This document shows positions 50,375 through 64,000 of a stretch of 64,000 bases of DNA, piece by piece. Position 1 is the stretch's first letter, and each line of letters starts with the position of its first letter. The notes below the pieces were generated by a model, which was not told where the DNA came from, did not search any database, and saw nothing but the letters and a program-made list of their open reading frames with translations. The stretch is from contig OX597820.1 of the NCBI GenBank assembly GCA_951406725.2, forward strand, positions 91,698,001 to 91,762,000, read 5' to 3'. This DNA is from Octopus vulgaris. Lineage: Eukaryota. The position numbers and the translations under genes are program-made.

Positions 50375-52082
50375 AATATGATTATATGACCAATTTCACA
50401 AGTAAAACTAGCCAATTCTACGGTATACCTAAGATCCACAAAAGTGAAAAAATAAGCAACGCATGCAAGATAGCTACAGACAAAATAATTAAAGTCCCTA
50501 ATCCTAATGACCTCAAATTGAGACCCATAATAGCAGGTCCCGCATGCGAAACCCACCGCCTCAGTAACTTTTTAGACACCCTGTTAAAACCACTCCTCAA
50601 ACATGTCAAAAGCTATATAAGGGACGACTTAGATATGCTCAATCACCTACCGAATACTATAAACAAAAACACCATACTGGTATCCTTCGATGTAGTCAAC
50701 CTCTACTCCAATATCCCCCACAACCTAGGACTAGAAGCAATCCAATTCTGGCTAGAGAATCACGCCAACGAACTACCACACCGCATCAAAAAAGAATTTG
50801 TGATAGAAGGGGTTAAATTCATCCTGGAAAATAACTTCTTCGCCTTCAATGACAACTTCTACCGACAAAAATCGGGGACTGCGATGGGTACACGAATGGC
50901 CCCCTCCTTTGCCAACCTAGTCATAGGATACCTAGAGATCAGTCTGTATCGTAAGGTTCTAGAAAGATATGGCAGCCCTTTCTCCATCTACATAGAAAAC
51001 AACTGGAAGAGATATCTAGATGACTGTTTCATCCTTTGGCATAAAAATATAGAAAAACTCATAGAATTCCAGAAAATTTTAAACGGACTGGACGTAAACA
51101 TCCAATTCACGATGGAATATAGCCAACAACAACTCCCCTTCCTCGATATCCTCATTAAGAAAGCTAATAATATAATAGAAACAGACATATACTATAAGCC
51201 TACAGACTCTAAGCAATATCTTCCATTCAATTCATGCCACCCCAGACACACCAGGATGAATATCCCCTTCAATCTAGCAAAAAGGATATGCACTATAGTC
51301 TCTAACGCAAACACCAGAGACACACGACTACAAGAACTAAAAGATACCCTAATCACCAGGAACTATCCACCTTCACTTATTGACAAGTGCATTCAACGTG
51401 CCCTTCAACTTAACATCAAGGAACTGAGACATCCCAAATCAAAGAAAAACTTACAACCAAAAGCCTTACCATACATCTCCACACACAACCCTCTCAATAA
51501 CGAAGCCTTCGACACCATCCTCCACAACATACCCCTCCTAAAAAAAGACCACAGAATGAACACAATCCTCCAAACACACACGATCATAAAAAGCAAAAGA
51601 CAGCCTAGATCCATGAAAAGTCTCCTTACACAAGCCCGAATTCACTCTTCAACACAGAAGCCGACAGTAAAAAAATGTGGAAGACCCAATTGCGGGATAT
51701 GCGACTATCTAATCGAGGGTTCTGAGTTCTCCTTCAAACAGGGACAACGGTTTACAGTGAAAAGCAACTCCACATGTGCTTCGGAGAACCTAATATACTC
51801 ACTAACCTGCTCCGGGTGTCAAGAGCAGTACATAGGCCAAACAAAAAATTGTTTGCGTAAACGAATGGCCCTGCACAGATCCCAGATAAAAATTCCCCAA
51901 AACAGAAAAATAGCTTTTAGCCAACAAATAGATACTTGCGCCAACAAAAAAACACCAAACTTCAGAATTTCCCCCTCTACCAATTTAGGGACGATACAAC
52001 CTCGAGACAAAGAATAAGTAAAGAAAATCTCTTTATTACAAAATACAAGCCACTTCTTAACGGGTCTACGACAAACAATTAA
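50371..52082 (+). pseudogene. PLE reverse transcriptase + Cys-linker + GIY-YIG endonuclease; N-terminally truncated, one frameshift near 51970
   Basis: YGIPKIHK, LRPII, VSFDVVNLYSNIP, GTAMGTRMAPSFANL, WKRYLDDCF, LPFLDI, YYKPT..SCHP, CGRPNCGIC and NLIYSLTCSGCQEQYIGQT..RMALH. The shifted frame continues LYQFRDDTTSRQRISKENLFITKYKPLLNG..* to 52082. The ORF-track start at 50281 is (TA)n-derived. Confidence 0.92.
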
Positions 52083-52190
52083 TATACCTCAACTTTAGAA
52101 TAAAAGAAAAAAATATATATACACACACAAATACTACACTCCATAGAATCCATTACTAATCAGCCCCTTCATAGCTATATTTACACCCAT

Positions 52191-52470
52191 TCATATTCTC
52201 CCTCCTCTGTTTTTTTTCTTCTTCTTCTTCTTCCTCTTCTTCTTCATCATCATCGTTATCATCATCATCGTTATCATCATCATCGCCACCATCATCACCA
52301 CCATCTTCTCCTTCTCCTCCTTCTTCTTCTTCTTCTTCTTCTTCATCATCATCGTTATCATCATCATCGTCATAATCATCACCACCATCACCATCATCGT
52401 CATCTTCTCCTTCTCCTTCTCCTTCTTCTTCTTCTTCTTCTTCTTCTTCTTCTTCTTCTTCTTCTTCTCC
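52191..52470. repeat. (CTT)n/(CAT)n compound microsatellite within the PLE 3' UTR
   Basis: Directly visible, with an internally duplicated block structure. Confidence 0.95.
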
Positions 52471-52815
52471 ACCCCCTACCCCTTAAGTTGGTCACTAATG
52501 TTTTTTAGTATAACACCTACGCTAATTCTATAAACAAGCCTGTCAATATAAATATTCTCCTGAATTGAACTGAGACTGCCAGCCGCCACTGACCATTCAA
52601 AATACGACCATCAGGGCACTCCCAGATTCTCCCACCCCCTTTCCTCACCAGCCTTCCCTCTACTACCCTACCAAGAACTCACAACTACCTCGAACACACA
52701 AGTGCAAACAAGGGAGTCAGAGAAAGGCAGAATGCCACTTAAATCTGAACACTACTATAGAAATATTCTTTTAAAAAAACTTTTCTTCTAATTTTTCTAA
52801 ATTTAATTATTTAAT

Positions 52816-52863
52816 CGTTACAGTTGAAAAGGTCCCAAAATGACCGAAACCGGTACTGAAATG
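52816..52863 (+). ncRNA. Minimal type I hammerhead ribozyme (U3-A8 variant) in the PLE 3' pLTR
   Basis: cgttacag TTGAAAA GGTC ccaaaat GACC GAAA CCGG TA ctgaaatg. Stem I 7/8 pairs, 4-bp stem II, palindromic ACCGGT, GUA site. Confidence 0.8.
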
Positions 52864-52907
52864 TTCACTATAAAATTATTTTAGCATTTTCTATTTTTTA
52901 CTTGTTT

Positions 52908-52957
<50 letters not shown>

Positions 52958-55876
52958 ATATGGATGTATGTGTATGAGTGTATGTTTCCATATGTGTTTA
53001 CATCTGTATATGTATATATCCATATATCTACACATATGCATGGATATACGTGCTTTTTTCGTCTAACTGAATGTAATCCAAACAGCATACAAAAGCCACT
53101 GTATTAAAGTGCATTTTAAAACAAAATAGTACTGTAGCTGTACTTTAGAAATAATCTTTAGCAAACACTTTTTTAGGCACACATAATATACTCTTTCATA
53201 ATCTAATTTTGTTATTAGTCTTTCAGTTTTCTAAAACATAGTCCGTTAGGAAAGATAAGCCAAAGATGAACAGCAGAAGTAAACTACCTGCCAATTATAG
53301 TTTTTTTTGTTGTTTTTAATGTCATTTTGCACATTTTCACCTAAGCGCTGCCTTCTCTTTTTATTGCGAAAGGTTATTAACCCCCCAATATAAAAATATA
53401 AAGTAAATTATAAACTGTAATTCTGACTTATTTACGTAGATACTTTGATTTGTATTGCTTGGATTTTTAGTTAGTTAAACTTTGTATATCCCACAATGTT
53501 TCATGCTTTAAGTTATCGGTTCTCTATTCATAACATGCTTTTGTTTACTGTTTTGATGAAGCTTGTCACATCTTACTGGTTGTCAGTTTAAATTTACATT
53601 TAAGTCTTACATTGTCTCATAAAATTTAAATATGGAATATGAAATTTTATGCAAACATTTTCAGAATTACTTTGTTTTGTGCATTATCGGTATAACAAAT
53701 ACATGTTGGTACGATTCTACTAGTTATTAATACGTTTCTATTGACACATTTTGAGTTGTTTCTATGACATGAAATGACATAAAACAAAAGCAAAACTTTC
53801 ATTTATAATGGGCAATATAATTATAAAGGCAATGATGTGAAGAAATTAATGGCAGCATAACTTTTATTTCTAAAGTAATGACTTCTATAAAAAGTTGTGC
53901 GTGTACCATATTTAGCACATTTTTATGATCCAGAGAAAGTTGTGAAAATACTTTACCGCCCACCCTAACTTTGTAACGATGTAAGAAAATTATTGAGGAA
54001 ATGAAACTCTGACGAAATACCCAACTACAAATAGCAATATGTGCTGACAACAAATTCTCGCAAGAATTTATGAATAAATATTAATTTGATTTGCTACAAG
54101 GCATAAAACAATTTTCTATATTGGAAAGACATTGCATTTAAATGATAGATTGCCAGAGTACAATTGAGATAGGTGAATAATTTAAAAACATTATTTTGAT
54201 TTTCATAAAATTATATTAGTTGAATTACTGAAATAGAAATTTGATGTACGAAATGCAGTGAATTGGTGAGGTTGGATATAATATTTCGTAAAATTAATAC
54301 AATTCTGGTTTACAATAAATCATAAAAATATGAATTCAAAAGTAAATTCGATTTCTTTGCTATCTCACGGTCTGAAATATACTGTGAATATGTTATATTG
54401 TGTCACAACGGTATTCTGTTATATTGAACGTAATGCAGCGCCAAGTATGAGAAAACCCATTAATGTAGAGATGGATATAATAATTGTTTCAATTGCTTCG
54501 CCGCATTCTTTTGCTAGTAAAGATTTATAATATCATAGAATGCAATTTCTATCACAGCAGTGGTGAGAAATTAAAGTAGCAATTCATTTATGACCGTTTG
54601 ATATCTACATTGTGAAAACAATTGATATAATTTTGCTTTATTAATCCTAAATTACTGTAGTTTCTAATAACCATAGTTCCATAGTTCTACTTCAGTTTAG
54701 CAAATGTCTAAAATATATATGTATTACAAATTAGATAATCTACTCTCACATTGGCAAGTATAAACCTAATTAGAATCTAAATATAGAATGGACTCTCCTT
54801 ACGTTAACAGACATGAATTTTATCATTTTCAAATAGATATTTTGAAGCATCATATGTAGTACAATAAAGCTAAACGTTTGCAAGTTAATCTTTACAAGTA
54901 TACTAACATAACACTTTCTGTCCAATAAACGTGAGAAATATAGAAATGTATTAAATCTGTTGGACAAAAAAGAAACATACAAGTCAAGATTATCGCTTAA
55001 ACTGTTAGATGCATGAAGCATTTCTCTTTCAAATTTGTGTTATATTTAATAAAAGGTTATATTTGAAAATGTGATTGAGATATAACCTGTGAGAAAAATA
55101 GGTGTCCCTGTGACTGAAATACATATGATCCTGCATGCTTACATAGCATCATCTTCATCACTACTAAGATCATCATCGTCGTCGTCGTCATGATCATCGT
55201 TACCATCGTCATCATCATTCAATATAACGGCAAGAGTTATCTATAAGACCAACACTTTTACCGGAGTTGAGAATCATTTTGTAAATGTGAGAATCTACTG
55301 ATAATTCTTACTACAGTTATTTTTCATTTACTTTCATTTTATTTCATTGTTGAATACAATATATTTCAATAAAGTTATGATGGAACCAGTTGAAATGAAC
55401 AAAAAAACTTATAAAATCTAAGCAAACAACTTGCGTTTCATGTTTTGGTGACATGCGACATTTATACACCTTTTCTATTTAATAAGCAGTAAACTGGCAT
55501 TCAAAATGATGTACAAACGTTTACTGTCGCAGTGAATATTGTTATTGGATTGTTCTACAATTTTAATGCATACTTCTTTTAAATATATACATATTCAATA
55601 AAAGATGAGCATAATATTATCAAAAGTTGTACTTTATATATACAAATTTCTATATTCATCATTATTGTGTATCTTTCTTACTGATTTGAAGATCTAGCTT
55701 CTCTTTCTAGCAATACGAGTAATCACATAAAAGTCTCACATTTTAAAATATACATTTGCATGTTTGCAATTGCTGTTCGAAATTATTATTAAAAAGTTAA
55801 TGTTATGCAACATAGTGTGCATGTATATTGTATGTGCCTAAGCGGTTTTTCATTTAGTGTCGTGAATTTATATCCA

Positions 55877-56288
55877 AGCGTAGGAGTGACTATGGGGTAA
55901 GTAGCTTGCTTACGAACCACATGGTTCCTGGTTCAGTCCCACTGCATGGCATCTTGGGTTAGTGTCTTCTACAATAGGCTCGAGCCGACTAAAACCTTGT
56001 GAGTGGATTTGGGTAGACGGAGACTGAAAGAAGCCGGTCGTATATATGTATATATTTATGTATGTGTGTGTGTATGTTTGTGTGTCTGTGGTTGTCCACC
56101 CAACCTCGCTTGACAACCGATACTGGTGTGTTTACATCCCCGTAACTTAGCGGTTCGCAAAAGAGACCGATAGAATAAGTACTAGGCTTACAAAGAATAA
56201 ATCCTAGGGTCGATTTGTTCGACTAAAGGCGGTGATCCAGCACGGCCACAATCAAATGACTGAAACAAGTAAAAGAGTAAAAGAGTAA
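55877..56288 (+). mobile_element. SINE family A
   Basis: gcgtaggagtgactatggggtaagtagcttgc..ggttcagtcccactgc..tgactgaaacaagtaaaagagtaaaagagt. Confidence 0.9.
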
Positions 56289-57473
56289 AGAGAGAGAGAG
56301 AGAGTATTTATGGTAAACGTCTATTGCATGCGAGCCTCATTCTTTGTGCATGTTGATTGATTTGTGGTGGTTATAGAGATAGTATTTTGTCACGCATGTG
56401 TATATGATTTTATACTGTACGCAATCCTCAGAAGCACTTTTAGCAGACATATAAAAATATGACACAATACTTGGAGATATCGAGTGAACATATATCGAAA
56501 TTTTTTTATTACATTTTTGTGGATAAATTGAGTTAAGAAAACAATTCTCTTTTGAAATAGAAAAGTAATAAACAATTCTGTATGAATAAATGGAGAATTG
56601 TAACTTTTCAAATATTAATATGTTTTCTAAAATATTTTAAAGGCATATGATCGCTAATTTATTTCTAGAAACTTAGGAGATGGATCAGTATCTTCCTGAC
56701 CTCTAAGCTGAATATGTGACAATTTATTTTCTGTTGTTTTCTTCACATAGGGGTGGTCAATAAGAAATATATACTTTGAAGAAAAATTCAAACTGTGTGC
56801 GTATTAGAGAATACTGAGTAGAAGTTTGTTTTATTAGTCTTCCAATGCTTAGCTAAAATACAATGGTCTGGGTTAACATAAAACATAGAATATTCTAATA
56901 AGCAGCGAAGAAAATGAAGCTTCGCCTGAAATAATATTGAAGCAAGCAAACATACTTTGCAAGCACTATTTCACAAGTATATATTCGAACAAAAAATTTT
57001 GCCTTGTATAAAATGTATTTTAATGTTATAGTTTCGAAAGTAGATGTATTGGCTAAACATATACTGAAAAATAATATTTAATGAGGATAGAACATGGATA
57101 ATAATCAATCAAAATTATTCCGTGTAACATTCGCCTGCCTACTTTTAACGCTTTTTTTTCTTGCACAAAACCTAGATACAAATTCACAGGTACGTGGTGC
57201 ATGCTTTTGTGATATGTATGTGTGTCGGTATGTACGTGTGTATCTGTGTGTGCATGTGTATTTATTAATATATATATATATATATATTGAGTCATCCCAT
57301 AGATAATGCTGTTTCTTCAACTGCATGGTCTAAAGGTCGGAGGGATAGGATAAACTACCAGCATCAACTTGCTATAAAACAGGTAGTAATTTTACCTTGT
57401 AGTTATTCTTAGTGCAAATCTAGAAGCATGCAGATAGATTTTAACAGTTATTTTTCAAAACTATAAAGTCACA

Positions 57474-57895
57474 ATATTCTTTTGCACTCTAGGCACAAGG
57501 CCTGAAATTTGGTGGGGGGCAGTCGATTAGATCGAACCAGTAATTAATTTATCGACCCCGAAAGGATGAAAGACAAAGTCGACCTCGTTGGAATTTGAAC
57601 TCTAGTGTAAAAACAGACGAAATACCGCTAAGCATTCTTTCCCCCGGCGTGCTAACGTTTCTTATTTCTTTATTGCCCAAAACGGTCTAAACCTAGAGGT
57701 GACAAACAAGGACAGACAAACTTATTAAGTCGATTATATCGACCCCAGTGCGTAACTGGTACTTATTTAATCGACCGCGAAATGATGAAAGGCAAAGTCG
57801 ACCTCGCCGGAATTTGAACTCAGAACGTAACGGCAGACAAAATACGGCTACGCATTTAGCCCGGCGTGCTAACGCTTCTGCCAACTCACCGCTTT
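57474..57895 (-). mobile_element. SINE family B dimer (tail-2 unit joined to tail-1 unit)
   Basis: Junction gctaacgtttct|tatttctttattgccc at ~57662. Confidence 0.85.
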
Positions 57896-59059
57896 AAGTG
57901 CCGTGCCAATATTAGAAACGATAATTAAATGGTCAAAAGTGTTGTATTTCAAGAATCAGAAGAGCGTCAGTCAAATATAATTGTTGTTAGTTACATGAAT
58001 ATATTTCCTGAGTTCAGATTCTCCTCGTGTCAATGTTGCCTTTTCATCCTTCGTTCATGTAAGATCATAAGGTCGTTAAATTATAATCGTTAAACTAAGT
58101 AGAAATCAATATATACAATGTGTCTATATTACAATCTATGCATTAACTGCTAATCCCTCCGTTTACTCTAAATTATAAAACTCATATTGGTTATTGATTC
58201 GAAACATAGCATAACATTAAATATATGAAGCGTTCACTTTTTTCATTTAGTTTCTGATTTGTGATATTGTTCTAGATATATAAAAGTAACCAATTCCTAA
58301 ATAACGATCAGTATCTAAAATCACTCTTTCAATATTCACCGCCTGTGTACTTAGTATTACTGTAACAATTATAACAAACTATAAGAAATATAGTATTTGT
58401 CTGTTAGAGTATTTATTCCGTTAGTATTTTGAATCAATATGGATCACACATCTACGCAATAAAATTCTCTTTTATAATTAATCTCTTGTCGTAAATTGTA
58501 CAGTAGCCATACATCGCTTAACCATCAATAATATTGATTTCTAACATCAGAAATATTTATGTCTAACATTTATCCATTAATAATATTAATTATTATTTCT
58601 GAATTAGCCTATTACGTCGAGTGTTAAATGACTAGCTTAGGAACAAAGCAGGTTGAGAATATTTGATACAAAATGTGTTATCAAGGAGTGCTCGTTAAAT
58701 TCTGAGGGAATACACAATTTACTTGGATTTATATTGAGTCAATATTAATATATTTACTATTCTCATATATACAAGTTCAAGGGTTAATTAGAATTTTTAT
58801 TAAAATATTGAAATAAGTACTATGTCATATTTTAACAAATGAAGCCTCTATTGGCTTGCACAAAATTGTTCTAAAATTTATTATGCTTACCAATCTATCC
58901 ATAGTAATGACAACGCCATATATTACAGAATAATTAAACGTTGTTGGAATTAAGCTCTTCTTATTTAGTATAATTAAAGCAATCTTAAAATCGACAAACT
59001 TCAAGAAACTGAAATGGCTTTCTCGTCAACATAATCAGCATGTAAACCACATTTCCTCT

Positions 59060-59262
59060 TGCCGACATTGCAAAAATATTTAAGTCGAGAGAAATTGCTT
59101 AGCAGTGTTTCACCCGTTCTGAATTTAAATACCACCGAGATTGATTTTGTCTTTCATTCTTTCAGCGTCGATAAAATGAGTACCAGTTGAAGAATGAGTC
59201 GATGTAATCAACTTATTCCCTTTCCGAAATTACTGGCCTTGTGCCAACAATTGAAACCAAAT
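59060..59262 (+). mobile_element. SINE family B (tail 2), degenerate
   Basis: cgttctgaatttaaat..tttcattctttcagcgtcgataaaatgagtaccagttg..ctggccttgtgccaac. Confidence 0.65.
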
Positions 59263-59659
59263 TTACAACATGAACTCTTCCAAACTGAAGCGAAAACTCT
59301 TGGGAAACAAGTTGTCAATACTTTTGATAACACCAATGCTGTTCGCATCTTTTTTTATGAAATGAGTCACCCTTGGAATTTTCATTTTGTACTTGAAAGA
59401 AGATTAAAACCCTCTTTATATCTAGAAGACCTTGTTGAATGAAAATATCTGCCTTGTTTCTATTTGGTTATTTTAGATTTAAAAAAAAGGGAATGACGTG
59501 GTTTCAGGAAAAAGTCTAGAGTTGAACTTCCGGAAATTTGTGATTGAGGCTCATTACGGATAGTAACTGAACGTAATGCAAATATAGTAGAGGAGGTTTG
59601 GCCGAACGCAGTTTTACTAGAGAGATATAGTGTTCATTGTGGCACTAGTGCAAAAAGAT

Positions 59660-60885
59660 TTTTAAGGATTTAAACGTGGCTCTCGTTCTACTGCTGATCG
59701 GCTGTTGTTATAGGCATGATCTACTGATTTATGAATTAATCAAGAGAGGTTCGTCCTCTAACTCACGATCTAGCCAAAGTCTTTAAAAGGATTCGTCATG
59801 CAGGTTTGCTCAGTAAGCTAATTGCCAATGGTATATGTGGAAAGGTCTTTGATGTTCTCATGTCATTTCTTTCTGGTCGTTGTATACGTATGACTCTGGA
59901 CGGTGTTAATTCTGAGTATTCTATCAATGCCGATGTTCCTCATAGCTCTTTTCTTGGTCCATCTCTAATTCTATTCTGCTTCAGCGATTATGCCGATAAT
60001 GTTACTGTTTATTCGGTTTCTTCTTTTTCTTTGTCTGTGTGAACCCCCTCTCCATTGAAACAGTTGGAATTTGCTGCTATGTTTGGGGCGGACCTGTAGG
60101 TTGTTCAGAAATGGTGCGGGAAGTGGCTATTAAAATTCAGTGCTAGCATAACCGAACTCAAGTTTTTCAGTTTTTCAGTCCCTATGCTCCTACCATATAT
60201 GTGAGTTACAGCTCTGAGTTAGCACATGATGAGAAAGTCAATCCACTGGAGGAAAAGTTCTTCTATCATGTTGCTTGGTCTTCATTTCTAACCTGATCTT
60301 TATTGTGGTTTCTTAAATTTAGTCATTTATGTCACAGATCTACTTCACATCCGAGGCCATTCTATAACGTTACAAGTCCACTATTTGTTCTTGTATGGAA
60401 TGGCGTTGTCATATTTGGGCAGGTCCATCATCTTGTCACTTGGATTTCCTGGACTGAATTCAGAAGCACACCTCTAAATTGATTGGTCGCTCTCTTGCTT
60501 CAATTCTGCAGCCCTTATCACAGCAATATGAGAGTCGTTAGCCTTAGTCTATTCTGTCGTTACTACCACAGGAAGTACTCTGATGAATTTTCTTTCTTAG
60601 TTCCAGATCACTTTGTGCTGTCTCACCCGAATCAAAACACATAGCCACTTCAGATGCTGTTGTGCTTCCACGATAATCTAACTCTTCCTACAAGAGTAAC
60701 TTTCTTCTTCGAATTGCCAGACTTTGGAACGCTCTTCCATTTCATTGTTTTCCTTCGTTTTATGAAATAAACCCTTTCAAGTCTAAAGTAAATTCATACC
60801 TTTCGTATTAACTTCTCCTTTTTCACAAACTACGTAACACTAAGTGGCTTTTGGCTTTGTTAGGAACATTCAATTCAAGAAAAAT
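59660..60885 (+). mobile_element. Decayed CR1/Jockey-group LINE: RT through 3' UTR
   Basis: RSTAD, DLAKVFKRIRHAGLLSKL..GICG..SFLSGR..LDG..SINADVPHSSFLGPSL, YADNV and YKSTICSCMEWRCHIWAG..LQPLS..SLSLFCRYY. Many stops and frameshifts. Confidence 0.85.
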
Positions 60886-63164
60886 GTTATATCAAATTAG
60901 CAGGAATTTTCTGTCTCTTTAATACAGTATAGGATGTATATCTGTTGCATTTCTCTAGATTCGTTACCATTCCTCTAATACAGGGTTCACTTTTACATAT
61001 AAGTTTATCAACCGATCAGTTCTCCCAATTCTCAAATATTCTATGTTCCTAAAGTAGAAGGCTTGTATTTGAGATGCATATTGACAGTGTTACATAAAAA
61101 ATTAAATATCGCCCTTGATTGATTGTCCGACGTAGCATTCGTTGTATCTTTGAATGCTTTACCTGTGTGGAATTCATATTCCAGCAATGTATAGTAGAAT
61201 ACTAATTCCTTCTTATACATAGCATTTTAATTTACGCTATTGACGGAAACTTTGGCTAACGCATATTAGAAACAATATTTCCCCAGACCTCAGTTCATTG
61301 AAGCCGTAAACATCTGTTAAATAGCTCATGGCTGCATGTAGGTGACACAAGGAATGAAACGAAAGGAAATGTAAAACTATTGTTTTCATAGAAGTATATG
61401 CATGTATAAATATATAATAGAAGTATATGCATGTGGAAATACAAGGAAAATATGTCAGAGTCGTAGTCAATAATTGGAACAGTTAACATCCCCATTACGA
61501 TATCGTATCTAATCATATCAAATGTTAACTTAACTCAGTTAATATTCTACGATTTGCTACCTCTTGTTTATTTTTGTCCGTGTTATTATATCCATAATAT
61601 ATTTCTTTGCTTTATCTCTGTTTATGTCCAACTACTTCTGTTTTTTTTCCTCCGTTTAAACCTTACAATCTAACATATTTTATGTTACTATAACAGTAAA
61701 ATAAATTGTGAACCATTGAATATATATGTAAAACTTCTTAGAACTCATATCTTATAACGCCTGGTTTATTTTTGTAAACCATATTAGGAGCATAAGGCTA
61801 TAAATACATATTACTCTCACATTAAAATGCGGTATACATGAGTCTAAATAACATCGCTGAAAAAACTTAGTTATAGTAGAAAACGCTGCACAAAATCACA
61901 TGAAAACACACGTGTTCGTATGTGTGTGCTTATATACCCATACAAAGAGAAAGAAAGATAACGCTCTATGGTTAAGAAACTCACTACTCAAATATGTTTT
62001 CAGGTTCTTTAATATATGTGAGGAAATTATTTCAGGTTCTCCGATAAAGTGTGTCTTTTCCCTGTTATATTCTTAATGAATTCTTATTTTCATTAATAAA
62101 TTTTGTATATTTTAACCATTCTATTCTTCATTCCACTGTTTAATAAAAAATAAAAATTAACGGAAGTGTCTACACACTGGCATGTTCTTTTACATGTTTA
62201 AATCACTTGAATTGCCATTCAACCAAAAATAATCTTATATGTGTGTGTATGTATGTATGTATGTATGTGTATGTGCGCGTGCGTGCGTGTGTGTGTGTGT
62301 GTGTGTGTTACTCTGAGTGCGTTATAATCCAAGTTGTATCGTCATGGTGCATATCTGCATATTACAGTACTGCAAAGTATATTTGTATTTTTATTTTAAA
62401 TAACAATTGAAAATTTAGACATTACTGTTAAGCACTGAAAATTATTAATTGCAGAGTAATTACATAAAACAGAAAAAAATGAAAAAAAATGTTTTTGGTA
62501 TAATCTAATCCGCATTATATGTTTCGTTCTTAGTAGGAGTTACATAGGTATAAATGTAGAAAAACATGTAAAATATATAAAAACCTCTTGTTGGCTATTC
62601 TTCAGACAGAGAATTAAAATAATGCATTATTTTAAAGAATGAACCATATGTTATGCGGAAAAATGCCAAAGAATTGTTCCAAGTTCATGCTTTAATATGT
62701 GCGAGCGCTTGTATGTGCATATACATAAGTGAACACTTTAATGCAGAGATGTAGAAGTTTTAGTATAGACGAGAAGACATCAGCAGACTAGAGAATACAT
62801 CTTATTGAAACTAGAGTAACAAATTATATTTAAGATGAAAATTCACATTGCATAGCTTTCAGTGCATGGCTTTATAAACCATTAAAGTGAGAACGGTTAA
62901 GGGCAACATCATTTCCAGTGATACAATTATTACCAAGTGTATGAAAAGTTATTATAATACGGAAACGTGGAACAAAGCGTCTATTAATCAAGATGATGAC
63001 GTTAATGACGGGTGTTGTAAATATATTGGGGGAGGAAGGTAAAATAATTATAGTATCTTTAATGTAAACTAACCTGTTCTGATTTTACACCTGCATACAA
63101 ATTCAACCTTAGAAAAAGACAAATTGTCATTATTACTGAACATAAATAAATTTAACTGCATCTT

Positions 63165-63520
63165 ATTTTTTCGGTCGTCTTTTCGTTCTGATTTCAAATT
63201 CTGCCGAGCCAGGCTTTACCTTTCATCATTTTACAGGCAATAAAATATGTAATAGTTGAAAAATGCGGTCCATGTAAGCGGCTTACCTCTCCCCCAAAAC
63301 TGCAGGTCCTGTGCCACATTCTGAACTTAACATTACAGCAAAATACTGCTGTATCTCAATTCTTCTGCCGACTTTATGTTTTGAATTGAAATGCTTACCG
63401 AGGTCGATTTTGCATTTGATCACTTCGGAATCGACAAAATAATCACCAGTCGAACATTGAGGTTGATGTTATCGACTTTCTCCTTCCCGTGGAACTGCAG
63501 GTCATGTGCCAAAAATGTAG
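63165..63520 (+). mobile_element. Two degenerate tandem SINE family B (tail 2) units
   Basis: cgttctgatttcaaattctgccgag..actgcaggtcctgtgcca, repeated as accgaggtcgattttgc..actgcaggtcatgtgcca. Confidence 0.65.
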
Positions 63521-64000
63521 CTTGCACTTGTTTGAATGAAGCTTAGAAATTACGAAGGTCCAATACATGTGACTTTAGTTTAAGCCTTTAGTCAAACAGT
63601 TATTTAAGTAGGCAACAATAATATGCTCTTTGAGCATTCTAAATGGACATATTGTCTTCAGATTTGGAGAAGTTGGATATCTTATGGACGCTTGTTCGCT
63701 AAATTTATGTCACTCTTGCCGAATGTAGTTTTGAGTTCTCCTGATATGAAGGGCATCCACTTATTCATAACTGTAGTTGAGTGACAGAAACAAAAGTCAG
63801 CGCCTAGGAATAGGTATCCCTTTTCTTATTTAAGTTAATTATCTTTACTAATAACGGGAAGCGCCCCGAAGTGATGAATATGATTAATACATATATATTT
63901 TCCTTTTTATTTATAATTATCAGCTGTGGAAATGAATGATATAGTCATTTCTTAGCAGTTTAAAGATTTCGGAAATACAATACTCATTATATTTGACCCA

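Larger units (their letters stand above)
50371..52912 (+). mobile_element. Penelope-like retroelement (Neptune-type), 5'-truncated, inserted in (TA)n
   Basis: RT plus GIY-YIG ORF, ~800-nt 3' UTR containing (CTT/CAT)n and a hammerhead. (TA)n at both ends. Confidence 0.93.

Overview
Strongly AT-rich, microsatellite-saturated eukaryotic (animal) DNA. I can support no host protein-coding exon, so it is probably intronic or intergenic. The recurring tRNA-derived SINE families look like octopus (cephalopod) repeats; this is recognition from memory, not a database result. Almost all entries in the ORF track are (TA)n/(CA)n/(AAT)n artefacts, and the real coding signal is mobile DNA. That comprises a 5'-truncated but nearly intact Penelope-like element (RT + GIY-YIG, 50371-52912), an intact 428-aa L1/Tx1-type ORF1 inside a 1.45-kb ORF1-only element with a 15-bp TSD (17540-18990), and decayed mariner/Tc1, RTE, R4/Dong and CR1-like fragments. 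There is also a pogo-type MITE and a non-autonomous Helitron. Two things stand out. (1) The ORF1-only (Half-L1-like) retroelement shares its 3' tail with the most abundant SINE family in the window. (2) Type-I hammerhead-ribozyme motifs occur densely, including U3-A8 core variants with palindromic stem III. They sit in the Penelope 3' end, in short non-coding elements embedded in (TA)n, in a fold-back insertion, and in a tRNA-headed SINE.
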